Origin: Callorhinchus milii
Taxonomy: Eukaryota
Length of the DNA stretch: 64,000 nt
NCBI RefSeq assembly: GCF_018977255.1
Contig: NW_024704743.1
Location: forward strand, 72,170,001-72,234,000
Direction: 5' to 3'
Shown here: positions 30,101 to 42,100 of the stretch, in pieces
Position numbering within the stretch: the first letter of the stretch is position 1
Layout of the letters: every line of letters begins with the position of its first letter
Made by a program: the position numbers and the translations under genes
Notes under the pieces: generated by a model
Database searches by the model: none
Seen by the model: the letters and a program-made list of their open reading frames with translations, nothing else
What the model was told of the DNA's origin: nothing

Positions 30101-33100
30101 GTATTTTATTCGCTTCTTAAACTGGCATTATAAGTGCTCAACGACAGACATTATGTTTCTACACTGGAATACAAACATAAAAACTGTTTCTCAAATGTGA
30201 ATAAAAGGTTTTATTTTAATCTTGACATCCTGGAAATAAATAATAATAATCTTTGCATTTGATATAATGCTTTATCACGTCTTCGAGACGTCTCAAAGCG
30301 CTTCACAGAATATGTAAAGTGCTGCATATTTTGTGGGCGAAATGTATTAAAAGTTACTATTTTCTATGGTCTTCACTCAATATGCATACTCTTCCTGATG
30401 ACTATCTAGACACTATTTTTGGATAGGGATCAGGAAGAGGAATAATATCTGACATTTTCCACCTCAACTCAACAGAACAGGAGCTAATTCTCATGCCCTG
30501 AATGTGATCAACTAAGTCAGGACACATTTTCCAGGTTTGTATGGTTCAGTCCTATTCCAGACATTACAAACTGAGCAATGAAGGGGAGATATCCATATAA
30601 TATAAAATAATTCAGCACCAGGCCACATAAGCCACAAGCTTCTAGGTTTGAATCTCGTTAAACAGAGTTAACTGATCTTAGTGGATTTGCATAGCATGAT
30701 ATTTTTTTCTTTACAATCATGGTTCCTACATAATTTAAGCCATTTTACTATGCATTCTTTTGATATTATTTGTTAAATATAAAACTGTAGATATGAGCAA
30801 GCCTGACCATAATTGAAGGCACCACATAATAATAGTCCTTGCATTTGATTTAGTGCCTTATCACGTCATTGAGATGACCAAAGTATTACTTTTTAAGAGT
30901 CCTGTAGCTGAGTAGTTAGAGCAATCACCTCGCAAGTGAGGGGACCTGGGTTTGATTCCTGGGCAGGGCGAAACGTTGGGCAAGTTTCCCTACTCCACAC
31001 CTATTTACCCAGCAGGAAGTAGGTGGATCGCTTTTCTGGGGGTAATAATCCATTCAAAAAAATACTACTGCTAATAATAATTTGGTCACTTAATCCACGA
31101 CTATTTATGGGACACTGCTGTGTGCAATTTGCTGCTGCGTTTCTTCTACAAAATATCCAGTCAACTCACTTTACAGTATATTCTGTGAAGCGGTTTGAGA
31201 CGTCTCGAAGACATGATAAGACGCTACATGAAATGCAAGGATTATTTAAGAGATTATTAAACCCAAAAAAGCGATTCGCCAATCGACTAACAACCAGGTT
31301 CCTACTTACTACTAGGTAAAGAGGCATGTGGAATAAAGAAACTTGCATAAGGTTTCGCCCTGCCCAGGAATCGGACCCGGATCTTCTCGCTTAAAGGCGA
31401 GTGCTCTGAACAATACACTACAGGATACCACTTTATTCCAGGGACCATTAAGATCAAATTGGCTTTAATGGTCCCTGGATACTGTTCCTCAACAATAGGA
31501 AAGCATCTAAAGGTTTTAGGAGAGAAGAAAACAAATTGGCATGAAAACACAGGAAGCGCAATGAAACATAATGCTTCAATCATTATTTACAACAACACCG
31601 AAATTCCCACTGTGTTAAATTTGTTGCAATGCATCAAAAAGTAACTTTATTTTTATAGTTTCAATGCAGAGGACAGGGGGAATCCATTCGGCCCAGCTTT
31701 CAATGGAAATTTCCCCACCTTTTTACCATACCCTTTGGAGAAAAAAAGGCAAAGGTAACCATATTGAGCCTGTTTAATCCATATTGAGCCTTTTATACAT
31801 GATGTACTGAACCTGCAGAAAAGGCTCAATATGGGTTGAACAGCCTTCTTCTGTTCCTGCACCGATTATTCAAAATAACATTTTGGTTCTTACGGTAAGC
31901 AATATTAAAGCAATTTTAAGATATTATTAAGAAAATACCTCTTGGCACAATAATTTTATTATTGTGAATATAGTTCAGTGCTAACAATTTATGATAATTT
32001 TCATTGCAAAGATTGAAGTGCTCCAGGACACTACCCCGCATGATGGGCGCTATATAAATGCAAGTTGGTGTTATATTTATTGTCAGTGTACCTTCTGCTT
32101 TGTGCAGTGCCAATGCCAGCTGTTCCCTGGCCTTAGTCTCTTCGCTGAGTTGCTCAGTGACTTCCTCTTGGTGCTTGCGGAGGTCAGCAAGCTCTTCTTT
32201 CTTTCTGATAGAATCCCGTACGAGTTCTGTTTGCGTGACTCTGGCATGATCAAGCTGCAAAACATTATTCAATTTCTTTTTTACAATTTTTAACAAAACG
32301 GTCATATTTTTGATAATCATGTGTATTTACATTAGTTTATGATAGCTAAGACATAAAGTGTGCATTAAGTATTAAGTTGGGCATCTAGTGCAAATGGCAT
32401 ATTCCTTTTAACAACAACAAAATGACATTTGTAAAGCTCCTTTCACTTTGGGAGGACATCCCAAGGCGCTGGACAGTCAGTATTTCAGTATTTTAACAAT
32501 GAGAAGGAAAGGGAGGTAACATCAAGGGGCAGCAAGGCATCCAACTTCACCATGCAAACTGAAGCACTCACCAAGCAGAGAGATGCTGACTCAGGCACAA
32601 CGAATGGTTGAAATGAAGAATGATGGCCAACTACACAGGATCAGTATTTATGACCCTTTAGAAATAATTTCTGAAGATGATTTGACTGCCCAAGAAATTG
32701 TTGAATATCACAGCAACACGGAAAACACTGAACGCCCCCAATTAAAGTCTAAAAGGGTCAAAAATAAAGTGAAAAAGAAGGAAGCCACTGTTCAGAATGC
32801 ACGTGGAGCTCCACCACAGACAGCAAACACATTGTCAGAACCTAGGTTTAGAATAGTAGATTATCGTCCTCCTTCTGGTCCTCGTCGACCCTCATCTTAT
32901 TACCGACTCATTGAGAAATCCAGAGGAACTTAATAGTGAAGTGGAATATGATATGGACGAAGAATATTATGCACGGTTGGAAATGATTAATAAAAAGTGT
33001 AAAACTGATGGCTTTAGTGCAAGTTCACAGAATGTGTTTGAGTTCCTGATGAATAAATTAGAGAACGAATCGTACTTTTAAAACTATAATTAAGGAGATC

Positions 33101-36100
33101 CTCAGTCTTTATTTGATGAAGATGCTGTTTGTTATATATGTTGTATGGATGGAGAATGTCAAAATAGCAATGTAATCTTGTTTTGTGACATGTGTAACTT
33201 AGCAGTCCATCAAGAATGCTATAGGGTTCCTTCTATACCTGAAGGACAGTGGTTGGGCCACCGGTGTTTGAGGCCTTCTTAATACGTTGATTGTATTTTG
33301 TGCACAAGTTAGGCATCAGGTTCGATCCCCAGCTTTCCTTTCTACCACACATCCGTCCCCTTACCAGGACCGCTTTTTTCCACCTCCGTCACATTGCCCA
33401 CCTCGGTCCATACCTCACAACCGATGCAGCTGAAACCCTCATCCATGCCTTTGTCATTTCCCGGCTGGACTATTCTAATGCCCTGCTCGCTGGTCTCCCC
33501 AGCTCCACCATACACAAAATCCAATTAATTCAAAACTCCACCGACCGGATATTCACCTGCACGGAACTCCGTACCCCCAACACACCAGTCCTTGCCAGGC
33601 TCCACTGGCTCACAATCATCGAATGGATTGATTTCAAGATCCTCTCACTTGTTTTCAAATTCCGTCATGCCCTCACATCTCCCTACTTATCCGACCTGCT
33701 TACCCCTCACTCCACCACCCGCTGCCTCCGCTTGGCTGGCTCCAGTGTTCTGCTTGTCCTTCATGCCTTCGATTCCACCATCGGTGGCCGTGCCTTCAGC
33801 CACTACACCCGAAACTTTGGAACTCTCTCCCTCAATCCCTCTGCCTTGGCCCCTCATTCCCTACTTTCAAATCCTGCCTAAAAAGCTTCCTTTTTGATCG
33901 TGCTTAAATGTTGAGTAACGTTGTAATGTTGAGTGCTCCCCCGTCCCTCTCCCCCTGGCTCGTTGTCAGACTCTGCCACTGTGAAGCACTTTGGGACGCT
34001 ACACCATGTGAAGGGCACTATATAAATGCAAGTTTTGTTGTTGTTATTTTGTGCCCAGATGAAGGTAGTACTTTCAAGAAGACAGATGATGGTCAGTGGG
34101 GACCAGTTGTGTGGGCACTGTGGGTGCCTGAAGAAGGGTTTGCAAACACAGAGCCCATCGATGGTGTTAAAACATTCCTGCGGCTAGTTGGAAATTGATG
34201 TGCTACCTAGTGCTTGCATCCAGTGCCCGAAGGCAAATTACTAAAGAGCATTCAATATAGCTTGTGCTCAGCAGGCTAGTTTGTACATGAAAATGGAGCC
34301 CATTGAAGAAACCGCACCCAATGGAGCAATAATATTCAATGTGAAAAAACTGCTTTCTGTGCTGCACACTCTCCTTCTGGATGTGTGAAGACCACTAAAC
34401 ATTTATGAGGCAGCTGAAATGAAAAAATGGCACATGTAGAAAAGACTCGCATAACAAGGCATCTGAAACAAAGTGTGAATCCGGGCAGAAGGTAAATAAG
34501 ACTAGGAAACTCTCAGCCTAAAAATGTACTGCTGTACCTCCAGTATCTGCCTGATGTATTCAGCCAGTACAAAGACATGTATAAGTGTCTTTAGAAACCT
34601 GATGAATAATTGCATGTGCTTTATTTGGAAATTTGAAAAGTAAATGTCATAACAACTGCCTCAAAATACGAAACTTGCTTGCTTCATGTTCCCCTTCTAC
34701 CCACCCCATCATCAGCTGGTGGGCTTTCAGCCTTTATTCCTCACTGTCTGGAACTCCATTCAGAGTCTCTACGACTTGCTCCTTCCTTACCTTGTTCAAG
34801 GACGGTCTCAAAACCTTCCTCTTTGTTCACCCTTCATCACCAATCCCCAGCTCAGGTCCCAGTCAGTAATGTTGACTGCTTTGAGACAACTTTCCAATGT
34901 GAAATGTGCTATATAAATGTTTCACAATGGAAATTTATGAAGATACCGAGGTCCTTCCTTCCACTTATAAAGAACCTGGGACTTTGTCCTACATTGATGG
35001 TTAACTGTGTTTGGGTTGATAAATTCAATATGGAAATTATATGGTCTAAGTAAAAAAAATACAAATTTATATTTATGTGGAGCCTTTCATGTTGAACTTA
35101 CTTCAGTTAAAAAATATACAATATTTTTCTCTCATAAATGTAGTAATATTTGAGTAATTGATGGGGCAAGAAATATTGCATAATTGTAAAAATACTAGAA
35201 TATTGCCATTAGCTATATAAATGCATGTTACCTGATACTCTGTTCAGTATTCTGTATATATTTTTAAAGACATTTAACTCTTCTGTATTGATTCAAAAGA
35301 AAATAGTGGTTTAGAAATAGACCAATCCATTGTGTAGATGAGTCATAGATTAATTTAAAAAGGTAATAATAAATTGGTCACTCAATCCACAACTGTTTGT
35401 GGGACACTGCTGTGCGCAATTGGCTGCCGCATTTCACCCACAAAATATAGTCAATTCACTTTACAGTATATTCTATGAAGAGCTTTGAGACGTCTCGAAA
35501 ACAAGATAAGGCTCTATAATTAAATGGAAGTAATAATAATAATCCTTGCATTTGATATAGCACTTTTCACGTCGGGAGGACGTCCCAAAGCGCTTCACAG
35601 AATACACTGTAAAGTGAATTGACTGTATATTTTGTGGGCGAAACGCGGCAGCCAATTGCGCACAGCAATGTCCCACAAACAGTCATGGATTGAAAATGAC
35701 CAATTTATTATTGTTTTTGTTTTTTGGAGGGATTATTATTATAATTATATCTAATATGTTTGGGTATTGTGTCTGAACATTAGGCAAAATGGTAAATGTA
35801 AATAGTTCAAAGATGATTAGATATGGACTATACTACTGGTCAATAAAAATGTGGCATATAAATGGTTACTCTACCTGATAGAGAACAACTTTGAGAAATG
35901 AATAAAGATGACATTTTAATTAAAAGTGGACTGTAAAAATGCAATTTCTTTATTTACTGCAGCATCACGCTAGCTGTTACCTAAATATTATAGTCAAAGG
36001 TAAAGTGCTACGTATCAGAAGATGTGGAATGCTTTTAAATCACCAGCAATGTATGATTCATTAAAAAATGAATCATACGAGTGCAGCTATTAGTAATGTA

Positions 36101-39100
36101 TACTGTGAATTGTGCAATATTAAATAAATATAGTAGTTACTTTAAAGAATCCTGAAAGACTCTTGACCATCAGACAATTTAAGTAAACTTTGCTTAAGTT
36201 TAAATGATGACCTTAATCAATTTTATGGCCATTTTAATAGATTTTTTTTCAAAGTATGACTGATTAAAAGCACTCTTACAGTCTAAAGAGATCATATAAC
36301 TTAATTTGGCAAAAGCCAGTATAGCATAACTTATTAAACAATGGATGTAGCAGCGTAGGCAGAAGATACTATTTACTTGACTCAATAATTGATGGAAGCT
36401 CTCCCATATCACAATGTATATACTTATATGGGCTACTTGGTTTGAGTTTCAAATGCACCAGTGTTTAACATCACTTTTATAATCTAAGGTGCAACTTTTT
36501 ATTGAGATTGAATAACATCAATAATTGTGTACATTAGCAATCATTATTGAATGCTCTTTATAAAACCCAAATTGCAAAAAATGAAGATTAATTTTAAATA
36601 CTTTATTTTTAACCTTTGTATTTTATAGTAAAAGTTGATAAAGCTGTATTCATATGCAAACAAGACCAGAATTAACTATATTTAATATAATTTAAATTCT
36701 TTGGGTCTGATTTAGACACAAATACTTGATATATAAAATCTGTAGTTAATTTTTTTTCAAGAAAAAAAAGGTTCCTCTGATAAGTTTAGCTGCATGTAAG
36801 CATTTAAAATGGGTTGAGCAAAACTTTCACAGGCAACAGAACTTGTATTAACTTTGGTTACTTATAAATGTGAACAGATAATTTTTAAATTATTTTCCAC
36901 CTCCCCTGACTCCACTGGTTTCCCATCACACAGAGGTTGCAGTTCAAGATCCTGGCCCTCACTTTCAAAGCCCTCCATGGCCTCGTTCAAACCTACCTCT
37001 GCGACCTCCTAAACCACATACCAACCTGCTCGCTTCCTCCGCTCAGCGGGCTCCGGACTGCTTCACGTCCCCCATGACACCTACCATTAGCGGGCGGGCC
37101 TTCAGTCACTCTGCCCCCATCCTCTGGAACTCCATCCCGCAGTCCCTCCGCCTCACCCCCTCCCTTACCTCCTTCAAGACCCAAAGCAAGACCCTCCTCT
37201 TCGACAGTGCCTTTGGTCACCCTCCTTCCCCCCTGCTCTCCAGCCTCCCCAATCCCGACCCCCAGCTCAGGTCCAAAGCATTGATTATCCAGCGCTTGGG
37301 ATGTCCTCCCGATGTGAAAGGCGCTATACAAATGTAATTTTGTTGTTATACTCTGCGGATCAAATGAAAAAATATGGAAATTATGGAAAAGATAGTATTC
37401 AATAAAAAATTTTAAGCAAGTTTTGTTTCAAAGATTCTTTGTAGGAACACAGGACACTAGGAATAGGAGTAGGGGATTCATCCCCTCAACCTGTTCCACT
37501 ATTCTTTTAGATCATGGCTGATCTGTACCTTAACCCCATTTGCCTTTGCTCCATATCTCTTGATATCCTTACCGAACAAAAATCTATCGACCTCAGTCTT
37601 GAAAATTTTAATTGATCCAGCATCCCTTTGGGGGAGAGTTCCAGATTTCCACTACACTTTGTATAAAAAAGTGCTTCCTTATTTCACTCCTAAATGACCT
37701 AGCTCTAATTTTAAGATGTTCTTAAAATGTCCCTGTTCTTACGATGTCCCTGATGTTCTGCAATATAAATTTTTCTCAAATCAGATTCAGGTCTTCATCT
37801 GCAGCACAACACACCCATTTACCACACATCTGTGTTTTATCAGTTACTTTCTGTTTTGATTCAAGTATATTCCCCCTCCCCCGTCAATTTTCAGTTCAAT
37901 CTCCAATTTTTAGCCAAAACACTTTACAAATACTTTACTTCCATGCATAATCTTGTAATTATCTAATGTCTCAGTAAAATTGAAAATTGTAATTAAATTG
38001 TGATTAAAACCCAAAGCACAAACATCCAAGGGATTCTGAAACATAGCCAGGTATTCTACAAGCATAAAAAGAAAAAAATGTGCAACAGGTCTATGAACAT
38101 CTGAAAGCACGATGGGTGTGCCTTTTCATGAGAACAGTGATTAGATCTCATAAAGGGTCGCACCTTAAACATTTGCTTCTCTTTCAAACATTGCACATTT
38201 CCAGCATTTGTTTTAATTTCAGATTTCAAATACTCAGTATTTCTTTTAATCTATTCTAAAGGCACCAGTGATATTCCTAAATTACAATTCAGACCATTGA
38301 GAGTAAAGTGTATGTAATGATCAAGTGAGAAATCCAGTTCTCTTCAACCGTGCCTTCACCTCCCCTCTCGACTCTCTACCCCCTCCTCGCTCCCTCCCTT
38401 CCCTCCCCTCAGCCTGACCATTTCCCTCCTGCTTGGGTCTCGACCCAACTGTACAGCGCCTTGGGACGTCCTCCCGACGTGAAAGGCGCTCTATAAATGA
38501 AATGTTGTTGTTGTTTGCACAATATCTAATGGCCTATGGAGATAGGACAACAGCCTGGCCCAGTTGGCAGCACTCTCGCCTCTGAGTCAGATGATTCTGG
38601 GCTCAACAGCCTCAGGGCTGAGAGGCTGAAGGCCCGGCCACCGATGGTAGGGCAGTTGGGGCGGGGGATGTGGAGCAGACCGGAGCCAGAGGAACGGAGG
38701 GTACGGGCAGGTAGGTAGGGGGATAGTAGGTCGGAGAGGTAGGAGGGAGCGAGGCCGTGAATGGCCTTGTAGGTGAGGATGAGGATCTTGAATTCGATCC
38801 TCTGGGGGATGGGGAGCCAGTGGAGGCGAGCGAGGGTGGGAGTGATGTGGTCGCGGTGTCTGGTGCGGGACAGTACACGAGCTGCAGAGTTCTGAATGAC
38901 CTGCAGTTTGTGGAGGGAGGTGGCGGGAAGGCCGGCGAGGAGAGAGTTCCCATAGTCCTGCCTTGAGGTGATAAAGGCGTGGACCAGAGTTTCAGCAGCG
39001 TGAGGGGTGAGGCAGTGCCGTAGTCTGGCGATATTCCAGACTTTCAACTCAACATCTTGGCCAACACACCCAGGCAGTCTTAAAGGTGCCATCCTTCAGA

Positions 39101-42100
39101 TAAGACGCTAAACTCCTGTCTGCCTGTTCAGGTGGACATTAAAGATCCCATTGTACTAAGAGAAGGACGTTTCTCATGCTGTCTTGGCCAATAATCAATA
39201 ATCCCCCACGTGAATTTGGTTATTCAGTTCATGACTGTTTGTGGAACATTGTTGGGCACAAATTGGCTGCTGCGTTTGCCTACAAATACACAGTCGCAAC
39301 ACTTCACAGTAAAATCCCGTGAAATGTCTCCACTACATGATAAGGTACTATATCAAGTACAAGAATTATTATCATTATTATTGTTAACAGTTCCCTAATT
39401 GACAAGTGTGAAGTGGAAAGCTATAAACTCATTCCTCAACTATGAGATTAAATATTTAAAACATGTTCAAAGGTAAAAATGTAAGTGAATTTAAGCACTG
39501 AAAACAGTTGAACTCTTTGATGTCTTTAGAAACTTAGTGGAATTCTACTTCAGAAATGAAAATTACTTCCCATAAGCTTTTGTGAATCGAGCAGCAACAA
39601 TATCACAGTAACCTTGATCTTTACTTAAAGCAATTTCTGCATCATTTCCTCCCCTTTATTCCTGGGATAAGCAGCACTTTTGGTCTCTGATAATGCCTTC
39701 CTGAACTAGTTTCCACAATATGTGCAAGAGCAGCAAGCTCTAATATTACCTTTCCTTCCCCGCAGTGACTGAGATTAGTAACCCATTGGTATGCTAATTG
39801 TGGATGCTCAATGCTCACTATTTTGTAGTTCAATGGCTACAAAATGGCTCAATGTGCTGTACATTTTCAGAACCACAGCATACATTATAAAATGAATTCT
39901 ATAAGGTTGACAGCAATAAATCTAAAATCTAATCTGAGTGCCAATAACATTTAAGCGCTCAGATTTGTGATGCAACCTAACTATCTACGGAAATTACAGC
40001 CTTAATAATTACATCAGATTATTCACAATTCTCCACATAAATCATTACAAAAGCCTTCCCCACTCATTCTAATTGCACGTGAATCATTGTCTCATTATTT
40101 CCACCACATTCTGGAAGCAATTTGGGAAAAAAAGTGCAGACGTTTGGAAAAGCACAGCGTGTCAATCAAGAAATGAGCGAAACCCATCATTAAGTTCTTA
40201 ATTTCTGGAGAATTCAAATCCTCTAACAATCCTAACAAAACGCCCAGTGAACTGGGTGTCATTGCATTCAAATTATATCACATGATAAAGCCTGCAGTCA
40301 TCCTCCCAAATACTGTTTTTTTTATCTCATGTGAAACTATGAGAAACCACGATGACTTCTGTCACTAATTAATTGGCTCTCTGCCAAGTATGTAATGACC
40401 TTTCAATTCTATATCAACTGTTATCATAGCACGCAATTATTGTGAAATATGGTGAAACACAGATTCCTAGTACACTTTTATTACATGTCAAACTATTCTT
40501 AGCATGTCATCCCAATCAGACCAAAAGGAACAGGAACAAATTGAAACCATCAATGAAAACACATCTTACAATTTATAACTGAGCTACAACCCTCATGAAT
40601 TACAATATTCACTCAGCTCTGCACTGTCCATCCTCAACACTAAGGTATTCCTGCACTTAAAACATTCAACACTACCTAATTATCTTTGCAATGCAACTCT
40701 TCTAACGAATAAGCAACATTATTCCACTCATCGTTTTAAAAGTTTGGGTCCATAGAGTCAGAACTAATAATCATACTCAATTGATAGTATTCATCGAATA
40801 AACATTTCTATGTTGGCATTGAAATCCACCTCATTATTCCTAAATTTTATTCTATGTCACACTCAATCAAATGGTTTCCAGTACTCACTGTGTATGGTGG
40901 CGAAGGCAAGGAAATCTGCGAGATCACTTTTAAGATGTGTCGATTTTCCTCTTTTTTATAATGACTGATTGCAGTGTGCACTACCACTGAATTGTTTGTT
41001 GTTAACTGGGTTGGGTACCTTAAAGGTTGTGGTAATGGCACTCGAGATTCAATTTCATAAATCTCATCTTCCTCTCCTTCCAACCAAACCCCATCTAACA
41101 AATCTGTAGTAGAACATTGTTGAATAGATTCCATATCAGCAGGCATTTCATAGAACTCATGACATGGGCTTCATTTCAGAGCATACAAGGTTATACCTTC
41201 TTGTTGTTCCCAATGCTTGCATCAAATTAGCCTTTGAGCCACTAATGGGATTCAGCACTGGACCAGCAATTATTGTATCTGCAGGATCACCATACAAGCC
41301 TTTAGCAAACAGGCTAAATTCACAACATAGGCAGGAAGCGAACAATGAACAGATAGCGAATAGTATGTAGTTGTCACAACAGGTAGACACATCATCTGGG
41401 TTCAAAGTTTTCGTACGAACTCCTTTTTAACAAGTCCAGAAACGCTTTACAAAATAATGTACATTCTGCGGGCTATGCACAAGCAATAACCCAAACAAGT
41501 TTACTCAGTCAATCATGTTCACTTCAGATTAGAAACACATATAGCAGCAAGTCAGTGTCACCCCAAAGAACTCCAGCCAACGATCCTGTTCCAATAGAAA
41601 AACAGACCACTGAAAGCCTTTGTATAGCCTGTTAATCTGTAAACTCCTGACAAAACACAAGCATACACCATTCGACATTTTCTTCTCTCCAGCAGTTACT
41701 TTTTCATCAAAAAATGACTGTGCTTGCAGCAGTACAAGAGCAGACTGCTTCCGGGACTTCAGCATTCAAACGGAACAGAGGGAGTGGCCTGACATACCTC
41801 CAAGTAACTTAGCAGGTGATACTGCAAACAAAGACCCGCCCACCTACAACTGGAATAACACAACATCCACGTCACTTCAAGCTTAAAGTGCCATGTAGAA
41901 GATTCACAGAAATGAACTGACAAAAATATGCTAATGTTTCTACAGTTTAATGCTCAATGCTAAAAATAAGATTAAAAGTTTAATGTCCAATATGAAGGTT
42001 ATATTTTAGAAAATTGCTTAAAGTTTACTTCTCATGTCATACAGCATACCACCAGCTGAGAAACGTATGCAGGCAAACAAGCCTCTGATAATGTTAATTC

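Noticed and set aside
32583..32933. Functional nested BRD1 gene
   Set aside because: Stop at codon 7, frameshifts, lost zinc ligands and an L2 insertion mark it as a pseudogene.
40847..41886. Endogenous viral element or independent nested gene suggested by clustered ORFs
   Set aside because: No viral or enzymatic motif recognised; the in-phase donor to AKAP9 is a simpler explanation. A BLAST search is still advisable.
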